From NCBI GenBank assembly GCA_963714275.1, contig CAVQNT010000005.1:32001-96000 (forward strand): DNA of 64,000 nucleotides, written 5' to 3'. The notes under the pieces were generated by a model. It ran no database searches, was not told the DNA's origin, and saw only the letters and a list, made by a program, of their open reading frames with translations. Shown one piece after another: positions 1 through 11,085 of the stretch (its first letter is position 1; each line of letters begins with the position of its first letter). The stretch is from Candidatus Bathyarchaeota archaeon. Lineage in GTDB: Archaea; Thermoproteota; Bathyarchaeia; Bathyarchaeales; DTEX01. Made by a program: the position numbers and the translations under genes.

Positions 1-515
1 GAGGAGGAGCCCTCATAAACCAGGCAATCCACACGATTGACTTGCTTCGCTGGATTATGGGACCGCCAAAATGTCTGTGGGCTCAGATGGATGCTTTTGC
101 TCATAAAATCGACGTTGAAGACCTCGCTGTGGCAGCTATCCGATTCGAAAACAACGCCTTAGGAACAGTTCATGGAAGTACAGCCATCTATCCCGGTCTT
201 CCCACGAGACTGGAGATTCACGGAACAAACGGCACAGCAATCGTAGAAGGCGAAAGGCTTAGGAGATGGGCAATTCTGGGCGAGAAAGAAGAGGTTGCGG
301 AGGGCGAAAAGGAGGGCTTAAAATCTTGGGCTAGTCCTGAACTTACTCCAGCAACTCACCATGTGTCTGTAATCGTGGATTTCGCTAAAGCTGTTTTGGA
401 GGATAGGCAGCCTTACGTGGATGGGGTTGAGGGTAGAAAATCGTTGGAGCCTGTAAAAGCCATTTATAAATCTGCCATGACACATATTCGTGTTGACTTT
501 CCGTTGAAGGAGTGA
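1..515 (+). CDS. Gfo/Idh/MocA family oxidoreductase, C-terminal part (5' end lies outside the window)
   Basis: Frame reads GGGALINQAIHTIDLLRW...VEDLAVA..F.N.ALG, typical of the GFO_IDH_MocA C-terminal domain. Confidence 0.85.
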   Translation, partial: GGALINQAIHTIDLLRWIMGPPKCLWAQMDAFAHKIDVEDLAVAAIRFENNALGTVHGSTAIYPGLPTRLEIHGTNGTAIVEGERLRRWAILGEKEEVAEGEKEGLKSWASPELTPATHHVSVIVDFAKAVLEDRQPYVDGVEGRKSLEPVKAIYKSAMTHIRVDFPLKE

Positions 516-521
516 AGGCGC

Positions 522-1313
522 ATGAAGGTTTTTATCATGACGGATCTGGAAGGCGCAACCGGCGTGTCCGGAGAATGGAACGACTTCAATCCCGGAGGCA
601 GAGAACACGATTCTGCTAGACGATTTTTAACGGGCGACGTCAATGCCGCCGTACAAGGCGCGTACGAAGGCGGCGCAGACGAGATTACGGTTCTTGATGG
701 TCATGGGGCAGCGTTCAGCATATTACTTGAAAACTTGGATCCTAGAGCGCAGCTCATTCGTGGCAGAAGGTCTTCGGAGCTCGAGGGACTGGATGAGTCT
801 TTCGGCTTAATGTTTGGTGTTGGCGCCCATTCTATGGCTGGAACTCCCGACGGTCTTTTGACTCACACTTTGTCTCATCTTGAAATAGACAATGTATGGC
901 TTAACGGACAGCTTATTGGAGAAATAGGGTTATGGGCTACCTTAGCTGGACAATATAATGTGCCGTTGGGGCTAATGACAGGCGATTTGGCTGCGGTCAG
1001 GGAAGCCCGAATTCTGTTGAAAGAAATTGAAGCGGTTGCCGTGAAAGAAGCCACAAGCCGATTTGCCGCCAGATGCCTTCACCCTCAAGTTTCATGGAAG
1101 CTAATACAGGAAGCAGCAAAAAAAGCAACAGCGAAAGCTGAAACGTTCAAACCCCATAAACCAGAGACTCCGATGGAACTTAAGGTTGAGTACCACAACA
1201 GCGAACGTGCCAATAAAGTTACAGAAAGAACCGGCGTTGTCAGAATCGACGGCAGAACAGCCTCTGGCACAGGAAACAACATCATGGACATCTATAAAAC
1301 ATTATTATCTTAG
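522..1313 (+). CDS. M55 family D-aminopeptidase (DppA-like)
   Basis: MKVFIMTDLEG N-terminus, DGHG, GAHSMAG and LTHT metal-binding motifs. Confidence 0.9.
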   Translation: MKVFIMTDLEGATGVSGEWNDFNPGGREHDSARRFLTGDVNAAVQGAYEGGADEITVLDGHGAAFSILLENLDPRAQLIRGRRSSELEGLDESFGLMFGVGAHSMAGTPDGLLTHTLSHLEIDNVWLNGQLIGEIGLWATLAGQYNVPLGLMTGDLAAVREARILLKEIEAVAVKEATSRFAARCLHPQVSWKLIQEAAKKATAKAETFKPHKPETPMELKVEYHNSERANKVTERTGVVRIDGRTASGTGNNIMDIYKTLLS

Positions 1314-1544
1314 AAAAATAATAAAGTGCATGAGAATCAAAAAGTTCAGGAATAAGATTAACCTGTTTACTATTTCATATAGTACGTTTGATGGTCAATA
1401 GTCAGCTAGCCAATTGAAACTCTGGAGTCTCTTTGGTCAACATAAATACTTAAAGCAGTCAACACAACTATGAAGTTAGGTGCCAGGAACCAAAGTTTAT
1501 GCTTCTAAAGAAATGTATATTTAGAAACGGGAAGGCTGGAAACA

Positions 1545-2420
1545 TTGCATGTTAACATTCCAACTAAGCGTTGCCCAAGGCTTTCTGTAGCAGTTTCTGC
1601 GTCGATCGTTTCGGACGTTCCGCACCTGAGGGAGAAGACTTCAAAAATCGGTTTTGTCGGGCGGGCTTTAGCCATGTTCCGCGTGGACGAAGTCATAATT
1701 TTCTCCGATGCCTCAGCTCAAAGCCAAGCTCGGGACATTGAGCTCGTCGCCACTTTGCTGTCTTACCTGGAAACCCCGCAGTACCTTAGGAAACACCTTT
1801 TCAAGATTAAGCCTGAACTAAGTTACGGCGGGATTCTACCTCCCCTACGAACCCCCCACCACCCTCTACGGAACCACGAAAAAGACTTAATAGTCGGGGA
1901 ATGCCGTGAAGGCGTGGTAGTTTCCCGCAACAATAAAGGAATCTTTGTCGAGGTAGGCGTTGAACGACCCGTTATAATCCTCAACGAGAATGTTTCTTTG
2001 AATTCGCGGGTGACGGTTAGAATAATGGAGAAGGGCAAACACTTCAGAGGTCAACTGATTACGCCTGACGACGTAGACCGTTATTGGGGATACAAGGTAA
2101 CAGTCGCAAACAAACCATTAGGGCGCATGTTAAGAGACCAATCTTTTGACTTCGTTATTGCCACATCACGGCTTGGAGAACCCTTCATGAAGGTTGCGGA
2201 CAAAATACGGACCGAATGGGACAAGTCTAAGTGTGTCCTCGTCGCCTTCGGAGCGCCATCAAAAGGTCTTCACGAAATTGTGAAGCAGGAAAAACTTGAC
2301 CTTGCAGACCTGGTGGACTTTGTCGTGAACACGGTGCCGAACCAAGCGACCGAGACAGTGCGAACCGAAGAAGCCCTATACGCGACCCTTGCTGCCCTTA
2401 ATTTGTTGATGTCTTCTTGA
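1545..2420 (+). CDS. SPOUT-class RNA methyltransferase (DUF171/MTH1-like)
   Basis: YLETPQYLRK, GILPPLRTPHH and C-terminal PNQATETVRTEEA motifs. Confidence 0.9.
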   Translation: MHVNIPTKRCPRLSVAVSASIVSDVPHLREKTSKIGFVGRALAMFRVDEVIIFSDASAQSQARDIELVATLLSYLETPQYLRKHLFKIKPELSYGGILPPLRTPHHPLRNHEKDLIVGECREGVVVSRNNKGIFVEVGVERPVIILNENVSLNSRVTVRIMEKGKHFRGQLITPDDVDRYWGYKVTVANKPLGRMLRDQSFDFVIATSRLGEPFMKVADKIRTEWDKSKCVLVAFGAPSKGLHEIVKQEKLDLADLVDFVVNTVPNQATETVRTEEALYATLAALNLLMSS

Positions 2421-4385
2421 CTCGTAGTGGAAATTCGGTATTTTTGGGTTTCAGAAGTCTTGTTTGTTCAATAAAGGTGCTCATTAAATGTTGTTTCTGT
2501 GTGTTGTCCAAGAAGCGTATCCAAACCATCATCGGTCCAGGTTCACGGTTCGCCCAAGCAAAATAAGGAATAACGGTGAATTCGGCAGTTCGTATTCTTT
2601 GCGACACATCAGTAAACCGTTGATAAAGATGGTCTTCAAAGCCTTCGGTTTCAGCTGCTAAACCCTCGCCCTTAATGGCAACCACACCATTAAGGAGGTC
2701 TAGCATCCACTCAGTCCTAATTTTAGACCTCGACGAAATTGCAATGTTACAGATGTTGCATCCTGGATTGTCAACCTGTTCAACACAATAAATAAGCGGT
2801 CCCCGCATCAATGCCACTCGGTCAGTATTCTCAGTTACGAACGGATGGCACAATATGTACTCAACAGGCAATGGTAGAGAAAGCCTGACCTGGTCTCCAG
2901 ACCTCCAAGAGCGATTCATCTCAACGTATGTTCCTGGCTGAAATTCCCCCTCGAAAGTTTCACCATTAACTTCAATCTTTGGGTCGTGGCTCCAACCTGG
3001 AATGCGAAGAAAAAGACTGAAATTCATTTTTTTACCAGTTTGAACTGTGACCTCAATTTCTCCGTCCCAAGGGTAGTCAGTCCGTTGGACAAGCGTTAAT
3101 TTTTCTCCTGAAAAATTAAGGTCTACAGTGCTTTGAACGTAAAGGTTTATCCAAACGCCTTGGGATGACGTGCTGTAAATGTAACCTGATAGTTGGGCAA
3201 GTAAACGGGCGATGTTGGATGGACAACAGGCGCATTCAAACCATGGTTGACGACGATGCCCTTCTCGGTCTGAAAGAGGATTCACGTAGAAGTACTCCTG
3301 ACCATCAAGCGAGATTCCCGACAATACACCATTGTAAAGGGCAAGTTCCATGACATCAGAAAATTTCGCCTCTCCCGTAATAAGCAGCATGCGCCAGTTC
3401 CACATAACATTTGCAATCGCTGCACACGTTTCAGCGTAAGCAGTCGCATTTGGCAGTTCATAATCGTCACCGAAGGATTCACCAGCATGTCTCGCACCCA
3501 ACCCTCCAGTGACATACATTTTCTGTCTCGTCATGTTGTCCCAAAGGTGGAGAAGCGCAGTTAATAGGGATTCGTCGCCTGTTTCCATGTAGACGTCCGC
3601 TGCGCCACAATTCAGATAGATTGAGCGGACAGCATGTCCAACGATTTTGTGCAGTTCACGAAACGGTTTGTGATCAATGTGATAGGCACCTCCACCGATC
3701 AACCCTTTTCCCCGCTGATCGATGAAGAAACACGCTAGATCCAGGTATTCCTTGCGTCCGGTTGTCCTAAAAAGTTCTACAAGCGCCATCTCAATCTCTG
3801 GATGCCCCGAAGTTCCCAACTTTTTATTTGGTCCAAAGGTGTCTCGAATGTGGTCTAAGAATCGGCAGGCAATGTCTAGGAGAGAACATTCCCCTGTTGC
3901 CCGATAATGTGCTATGCTTGCTTGTATCAGGTGTCCCGCGCAATATAGACTCGTGCATGTCCCGAAGGTTAGTCCACCTTTCCTTCTTACGATCAAAAGA
4001 AAAATACGTGTTCAAGTAACCGTTCTCATCTTGTGCATCCCCAATATCAACTATTATCTGCGTAATTAAGCGATGAAGTTCATCGGATTTTTTTCCCGCA
4101 ATCGAAAAGGCGACTGCTTCAACCCACTTGTAAACATCAGAATCGTTAAAAACTAATCCTTTGAATTCAACCTTCATCTTACCCGAGGCGCGACGGAAAT
4201 TATCTATTCGGTTAGTTTCCTCAAGAAGTCTTGAACTGTGAAGGTAAAGTGGTTTCACGGAGCATTTGTTGCCTTGGCGCCCAGAATCTGTCTTCTAAAA
4301 GCACTCTTTCTATGGGTACTGGACGCAGCCTCGCATAAGGACTATACGATGTATCTGTAATATATGTTGAGCCAAATTTTTTCAT
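2398..4385 (-). CDS. Glycoside hydrolase family 127 (beta-L-arabinofuranosidase-like); two apparent frameshifts (~3949, ~4229)
   Basis: FNDSDVYKWVEA, HELYCAGH, GHAVR, YAETCAAI and CACCPSN motifs spread over three frames. ATG at 4385 gives MKKFGSTYITDTSYSPYARLRPVP. Confidence 0.88.
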
Positions 4386-4461
4386 GAAAGCCTATCCTCA
4401 GAAACAATGTTTCCTTCTTTCATAAAAGCCTAAATGCTGCTTTTTCGTGAAAATTTTCAGG

Positions 4462-6702
4462 CTATTCGTAATACTCTGTTAAAGCCTGCTGTTCAGCCTT
4501 TTCTTCAGTGGACAGTTTCTCCCAGTCTTCGCGTTTCACGTAACCGCCGATTTGCTCCCTAATTTTCTTTGCAACCGCTGGACCAATCAGGGGGAGACCT
4601 GTAAGCGTGCTGAGTGGTACTCTCTGCAGATCCTCGAATGTTTTAAATCCTGCGTTATACATTACTCGGGCTCGCGCTCTGCCTACGCCTTCAAGCTTCG
4701 TTAGAGGTAGCAGTTCAGCCTTTACTCCTTTCACTACTCTTTCCCGTATCTCCATAATTCGGGGCAAGATGTCCTTGTGTCCCAGAAGCCTTGCTAGCTC
4801 AGAGACTGCTGTACAATAGCCACTCCGCTGTGGCGATTAAACGGTAAAGGTCTCCAGGTTCAACACTGAATGTCTCGATCATCTCGTCCTCGGAGGTTTC
4901 GTCAGCCCAAGCCTTGAAAACGAGGGCTGTTTTCACTTCGCCTAAAAATTCTTCGTAGTTGACTCTGTCCGCCCACTCGTCCGGCTGCTCAAACAGGAAT
5001 TCACCAGTGTGGTTTTCTGCGTACATCGCGACCTTTTCGAGTTCTCGGGTTGAACAGCGGAGCTTAGGAAACATGTCCGGAGTGTGCGCCACCATGTGCA
5101 TGAAGCTCGAGTTCCGAGAGCTTCGGTGCCCTGTTGGTTAAGCCGTCGCGGATGACTATGGCTGACACTGGGTCAATGTAAAGCTGGGAAATCCTTCTGC
5201 CGAACCGGGTGGCTTGGATGTTAGGTCCGTCGACCTCGATCATTTCTTCGTCGTAAAGAAACTTCAGAATCTTGGCGATGATTCCCTTGATGGCTCGAAG
5301 GTCGTACTGGAAAGCGTAGAGGGTCTTGCCGAAAAAGTCGTAGACGCCTTGCTCTGAACGGGCAAACTCTGACGCTATTGTGGCTAGAACGTGGGTTCTC
5401 AGAATCTTTTCGACGCCAAGCTTTGACCAGATCCGCTCAGGCTGGGCGAGAACGTCACTCGTGAGGAGGTAGTCCATCTCCTCTTCGGTTTTGGCGACCA
5501 AGACAGATTCGCCGATCTTGTCGTATTTGGGTCGCCCCGCCCTTCCAACCATTTGTTTGTACTCAATCACGCTTATTGGGTAGTAACCGTACCCAGGGTC
5601 GTAACGCCTGTAATTGCTGATGATGACCATTCTCGCTGGCAGGTTTACGCCAAAAGCAAGCGTCGGGGTTGCCGTGAGAACCTTTATTCTTCCGTCCCTG
5701 AACGAATCCTCAATTAATTTTCGGTGCGTCGCTCCTAAACCAGCATGGTGGAATGCAACGCCGTCCTTAACGAGGTCCGCCAGTAGCATGCTTATTCTTG
5801 TCTTTTCCCCTGAGCCTGCGATGGATTCTGAAATGTGCTCCAACGATCTGTGCATAACCTTCGAGAGGACTTTGCCAACTTCAGGCGCTGCTTTTTTCGC
5901 CAAGCCAACTGATTCTCTTCGGGTAGATGCGAAAATCAACGCTTGTCCGCCTTGTTGGATGCTGTGTAATGCGAGATTGATGGGTGGGTTGCTTGACAGT
6001 TTCTCTATTTTCGCTGAGTCGCCGTCCTTAAATTGAACCTCTAAACCTTGTAGGACGCCTTCTCTTAATGTAACTGGTCTCCACTGCGTCGAAACTGGAA
6101 CAGCTTTCAGCCACTCTGCGATGTCCTCAGCGTTTCTAACCGTTGCGCTTAAAGCCAACACTTGAACGTTCGGGTTCACCTGCAGCAGACGGGCTAGGAC
6201 AACCTCCAGCGTCGGTCCCCTGTCCGCGTCGTTTAAGAGGTGCACCTCGTCCGCGACCACAAGCGTAAGGTCGTCCATCCACTGAGCCCTGTGCCTAAGC
6301 AGAGAATCGCACTTCTCGTTCGTGGCGATGATGATGTCGAACCTTGCCAGCCAAGGGTCGCCGCTGTCAAAGTCACCTGTGGTTATGCCCACTCTGAGTT
6401 TTCCACCATTTGGCTTCTTTAAAGATTCGTACTTCTTGAATTCGGCGTATTTTTCGCTAGCAAGGGCTCTAAGAGGACATAAGTAAAGGACTTTACCGTT
6501 CCTTTCTATAACGTGTTTAACTGCGCACAACTCTGCTACAAGCGTTTTTCCCGAAGCCGTAGGACTGGTTAAAAGAAGGTTCTTTCCATCCAGCGCCCCA
6601 GCTTTTATGGCTTCTTCCTGTGGCGGATAGAGGCTCTTTGATGCCTGAGTCAATTAGCAGTTGTTTCGCTTGTTCAGGTATGCTCAGCTCTTCGGATAAC
6701 AA
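4462..6702 (-). CDS. hel308: Ski2-like DNA helicase Hel308/Hjm; three apparent frameshifts
   Basis: LYPPQ, PTASGKT, DEVH, FHHAGL, QMVGRAGRP motifs and a C-terminal HhH (GVGRARAR) across consecutive ORFs. Confidence 0.92.
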
Positions 6703-6730
6703 GTTTTAACCCTTTTTTCTGGGCGTGAGC

Positions 6731-8770
6731 CTAGGTTTTCTTCAGGTATCCTTCTCTTGGTTCGTAGATTGTGCCCTCTCTTCTCAGTAGACTCAATAGC
6801 CTTTCAGCTTCTATTCTGTCAATGTTGAACGCCGTAGCCAACCTATCAACAAGGTCGGACCTCTTCACTGCGCCTGTTTCTCTTTCCATATCAACCAGCA
6901 CGTTCAGGATTACCCGGAGTTTGTCCTGTAAGCTCTTGGGTTTACCAGTCATGATTATGTCGATGTCGATTTTGTGCGAAGTAACGTCGATGCCTGACTC
7001 TTCCAAGGACCACTTCATAATCGCGATAGCGTGGACCGCATCCTCAGTAATGACTTCTTCCCTCAAAGCAGCCTTCGCCCTAGCCTCAGATATCCTTACC
7101 AAAGATTCTAACTGGCGAGCAGTGATGGCGATAGGTGAACCCTCAACCTCGCTGGCGGAACGCATCTCCAAATAGAACTCCTTCAGCCTGTTGAAAGCTT
7201 CCTGAGTAAGAACAGGCGTGATTCCCTTGGCATAGGCGATGTACTTCCTTAAGAGGTCTGACGAAATAGGCGGCTCTTCTGGTGGAGCTTGACGCATGTG
7301 GAGATCAAGAATGTGTTCACTCATTTTGGTGTCCCGTTCTTTTTCAGGAACATCCTTCATCACGAAAATCAGATCGAACCTCGAAAGAATCGTAACTGGA
7401 AGCGAAATATTCTCAGCCACCGTCCTGTAAGCATCGTACCTTCCAAGCGCAGGGTTAGCAGCACCTAGAATAGCCGCACGGGCATTCAGGGTCGCCACAA
7501 TTCCTCCCTTCGCAATGGAGATCGTGTGCTGTTCCATAGCTTCGTGGATGGCAACTCTGTCTTCAGGTCGCATCTTGTCCATCTCGTCTATGCACGCTAT
7601 ACCTCTGTCCGCAAGAACAAGGGCGCCTGCTTCAAGTGTCATTCCGCCAGTTGCTGTGGGCAAAACAGCTGCGGTGAGCCCAGCTGCTGTGGTTCCTCTT
7701 CCACTGGTATAGAGTCCCCTAGGCGCAATCTTGGGCACATATCTTAAAAGCTGAGACTTTGCTGTACCGGGGTCTCCGACCAATAGGACGTTAGGTTCGC
7801 CACGTATGCTGATGTCTGGCAGGTGTTTGGGGACTCCTCCGAAAAGAAGGTACATTATTGCCTCCTTGATGTGCTCGTAGCCGTAAACAGAAGGCGCGAT
7901 GGAACGGATAATTTTCTCGTGCACATGCGGATCTCTGGATAACTCAAGAATCTGCTGCTCCTCCTCAGGCGTAACACTGAGTGATTCAAGTTCCCTTCCC
8001 GTTGAATCAATAAAGTTCGCCTCTATGTAAAGCGGAAAAGCTCTTGTTTTCCCCGTTTTTGAGGAAGCTTTGGTTTCCGTGTGGATGATGCCTATTACGT
8101 AAACGCGGTCGCCTGGTCTGGCAAGGTCAACAAGATCTTTTCCTATAAGCTGAATGTCTAAGGAACGTGGTGTTTGTCCAGGAGGTAGCTCCTCAGGATA
8201 TTCTTGGATGCGAAGCTCCTGCGAGTCAACGAACTCGGACTCTTCTTCTACCAGCTCAAAGTTACTCGTGTTCTTGCATGCTGGATTTGTACATTTCGAT
8301 GGAGAGGTTAAAAAATTGCCCGATTGGGGAACCTCTATCGTTTCTTCGCATCTGTTACATCTAAAAACAGCCTTTGTCACAAACGGTCTGACATTTGTTG
8401 CTCGGATGACTATGCCTTCTAACAATTCAAGCTTACCAATATGATCAGAGCTAAGTTCCCGTAAAGGAATCTTATAGGGAATGCCGCGAATTCTGACTTT
8501 AACTCCCTGTTCCCTAATTTTTTCAGCGTATTCAGGATCCTGTATCTGCAGCTGATCGAAGGTCGCGTTGTTCCCGTATTCCAGGAACTCTTCGGGTTTC
8601 TCAAGCAAACCCTCAACCAACATGCTGTCAAAAATGTCAAGGTCGTTAAAATCAAGAACCAACGAAGTGTCGCCGTTGATTGCCATCTGCGAGATTCTCT
8701 GTCGGTACTTGTCTGTTTTAAGGAAGCTTTGGAACCTTTCTTGAGGTTTATCTAAAACCAGTTCGGTCAT
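6731..8770 (-). CDS. mcm: Replicative helicase MCM
   Basis: Zn finger CxxC..CxxxxC, GDPGTAKSQ Walker A, IDEMDKM, LSRFD arginine finger, C-terminal wHTH; no intein seen. Confidence 0.97.
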   Translation of the reverse strand: MTELVLDKPQERFQSFLKTDKYRQRISQMAINGDTSLVLDFNDLDIFDSMLVEGLLEKPEEFLEYGNNATFDQLQIQDPEYAEKIREQGVKVRIRGIPYKIPLRELSSDHIGKLELLEGIVIRATNVRPFVTKAVFRCNRCEETIEVPQSGNFLTSPSKCTNPACKNTSNFELVEEESEFVDSQELRIQEYPEELPPGQTPRSLDIQLIGKDLVDLARPGDRVYVIGIIHTETKASSKTGKTRAFPLYIEANFIDSTGRELESLSVTPEEEQQILELSRDPHVHEKIIRSIAPSVYGYEHIKEAIMYLLFGGVPKHLPDISIRGEPNVLLVGDPGTAKSQLLRYVPKIAPRGLYTSGRGTTAAGLTAAVLPTATGGMTLEAGALVLADRGIACIDEMDKMRPEDRVAIHEAMEQHTISIAKGGIVATLNARAAILGAANPALGRYDAYRTVAENISLPVTILSRFDLIFVMKDVPEKERDTKMSEHILDLHMRQAPPEEPPISSDLLRKYIAYAKGITPVLTQEAFNRLKEFYLEMRSASEVEGSPIAITARQLESLVRISEARAKAALREEVITEDAVHAIAIMKWSLEESGIDVTSHKIDIDIIMTGKPKSLQDKLRVILNVLVDMERETGAVKRSDLVDRLATAFNIDRIEAERLLSLLRREGTIYEPREGYLKKT

Positions 8771-8785
8771 GTTGGCAACCTTCTC

Positions 8786-9333
8786 TTAAAGGATTTCGCG
8801 TCTCCATTCATTAATGATTTTGTCAAGCTCCTCATAGAGGGTCTGCTCTTCAGCAGTTAGGCTTCGCAATATTTGTCCTTTTTGACCCGGCGTGGAAGCT
8901 AATGTGATTATTTTTTTGAGCCTGCAATCAGCAATGTCTTTGGAGAGCTGCTGTACATGTTCATACTCTCTCATCTTTTCGGGGCTGCTTTTTGAAACGC
9001 CTTTCAGGTCTTCAAGCACCCGCCGCAGCCTAGGATAAAAATCGTCAGGAAGAGTGGAAAGGTTGCTTATGGGCTGAATGCGTTCCCTGTGAAGAATCGG
9101 GTAAAGCCCGGAAGCGTTCAAAGTTTCCTCTCTAGGACGGACTAATCCAGCTTTCTCTACTCACGTGCTATCCAAAACCTGATCTCGTACCCGTTTCCTT
9201 CATCGAACGGACCAACCTTTAAGCCGGTGAGCTCAATCTCAGGCGAACTTCTGACTGCAACCACCTTTATGGGTTTATTCTCGAATGAGGCGTCAGCGTC
9301 CTTTATTGGCGAACGGGCATTCTCGGAAGACAA
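8786..9333 (-). CDS. GINS complex subunit (Gins23-type); frameshifted near 9120-9160
   Basis: TTG at 9333 gives MSSENARSPIKD...VGPFDEG..YEIRFWIARE, followed by LSTLPDDFY..RLKKII..LTAEE. Lies directly upstream of mcm, as in TACK archaea. Confidence 0.8.
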
Positions 9334-9727
9334 GTCTTTAACCTTCTGTTACCTTTAGAAGCATACAATAATAAATGACACACATATAAAAGTTGAAGTG
9401 ACCAATATAGAACTTAAAACCAAGACTTTTTTAGGCTTAAAACAGCGAATCGCTAAGATTTTGAGGAAAAGATTCTATACATTATTGTATCTGCCGTTCA
9501 AACGTGGTTTTTTGTGTTCCAAAAGAAATGAATATTTGCGTCGCAAAACAGCCTATCTTCGGTCACTGAATGTTACACAAAAATTGAAATCTGATGTCAT
9601 ACAAAACAGATAGTTAAGAAAAGCCATTCTTCTAAAGACTCAATGTGATTATGCAATGATTTTTTAGGCTGTTTAAAGATAGGATACTTCGGGAAAGAAT
9701 TACGATAAAAGTCAAGGATGACCAACG

Positions 9728-10330
9728 TTGAAGCTTCATGTCCACAAAAAAGCCTTCAGAGCTTTAGGGATTTCTGAAAGCTTCGTCAAAGGCGAAAGCG
9801 AAAAGTCGGTTCTGGCAGGCGTGGTAATGCGGGCAGACAAAGCCATCGACGGATTCGTCTTCGCTGAGGCAACGGTAGGCGGGATGGACGCCACAGAAAA
9901 AGTGATTGGGATGCACAAAACTTTGGGAAGAGACGACGTAAACGTGCTTCTGCTGAATGGCTGCGTCATCAGCTGGTACAACGTCGTCGACCTACACAAA
10001 GTTGCCGAGGAAACTGGACTTCCCCTAATCTGCGTCACCTACGAGGAGTCTGAGGGTCTCGACAAATACTTCAAAGAACTGTTTCCAGAAGACTGGGAAA
10101 GCCGCGTCCAAGTCTACCACAAGAACAAGGAAAGGACGCCGCTGGAACTAAAAACTGGGCACATCATCTATGCAAGGTTCTTGGGAATGAGCTTAGAAGA
10201 AGCGAAACAAATCCTTGACAAGTTCACGTCTCACGGCGCCATTTCAGAACCCTTAAGAGTAGCCCGCCTTTTAGCAAGGGCGACAGTAAAGACATTGGTG
10301 CCAAAAGGTCACACAAGAACGCATAGTTAA
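9728..10330 (+). CDS. DUF99 family protein (endonuclease V-like fold)
   Basis: ATVGGMDATE, SWYNVVD and EPLRVARLLA motifs. Confidence 0.85.
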   Translation: MKLHVHKKAFRALGISESFVKGESEKSVLAGVVMRADKAIDGFVFAEATVGGMDATEKVIGMHKTLGRDDVNVLLLNGCVISWYNVVDLHKVAEETGLPLICVTYEESEGLDKYFKELFPEDWESRVQVYHKNKERTPLELKTGHIIYARFLGMSLEEAKQILDKFTSHGAISEPLRVARLLARATVKTLVPKGHTRTHS

Positions 10331-10375
10331 ATTCATAATGTTTTACCTCAGCTGAGTTACAACGAAGGGACATGA

Positions 10376-10810
10376 ATGTCTGGGTCTCTGGAAAGAAAAA
10401 TGGAAGAGATACAGCACATTCTAGAAAACCTGATTGCTGAAGCAGCAAACGGAACGCCCATAATTGTCGAGGGACCGAGAGACCGAGAAAGCTTAGAAAG
10501 GCTCGAAGTGAAAGGCGACGTAATATCCGCAAAAACAAAAGGAAAAACATTGTTGGATACGCTTCAGGAGATCGAAGACCGCAACAAAGACGAGGTCATA
10601 CTGCTCATGGACTTTGACAGAAGAGGCAAAGAAATGACCGCACATCTTATTAAGAATCTTGAAAAAAGTCGAATCAAAACAAACCTCGTTTTCTGGAAAA
10701 AACTTTCAAGCCTCGTTGGACGCGACATCAAAGACATAGAAGGTCTAGCCACATTCATTCAGACGCTTAACAAAAAAATAGGGAAGGACGCATCAAACTT
10801 GAGTCTTTAG
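10376..10810 (+). CDS. Small toprim-domain protein
   Basis: IIVEGPRD and LLMDFDRRG toprim motifs, KDIEGL. Confidence 0.85.
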   Translation: MSGSLERKMEEIQHILENLIAEAANGTPIIVEGPRDRESLERLEVKGDVISAKTKGKTLLDTLQEIEDRNKDEVILLMDFDRRGKEMTAHLIKNLEKSRIKTNLVFWKKLSSLVGRDIKDIEGLATFIQTLNKKIGKDASNLSL

Positions 10811-11085
10811 AAATTGATGTTACCAAGAGCTTACCTTCAAACACAAATTTATTAGGATTTTATATAAGAAAAAGTGTTCAGCAAGTAAGCTAGAAGCATC
10901 CCATTATGTGCTTGTATAATGAACGTAAAAACCGAATCTTTTTTATGTATGTATCTCACGTATATGGTGAGAGGTTTGTTTATTAAACCTCGTAAAAATT
11001 AGACTCAATAATGAACATTAAACGAATCATTACTTGAGGAATCAAAAAAAATGAAAATAATAGGAAACAAAGAGGTGTATGTTAA

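Noticed and set aside
6731-8770. Inteins in MCM (also checked aIF5B and Hel308)
   Set aside because: Protein lengths and motif spacing are normal
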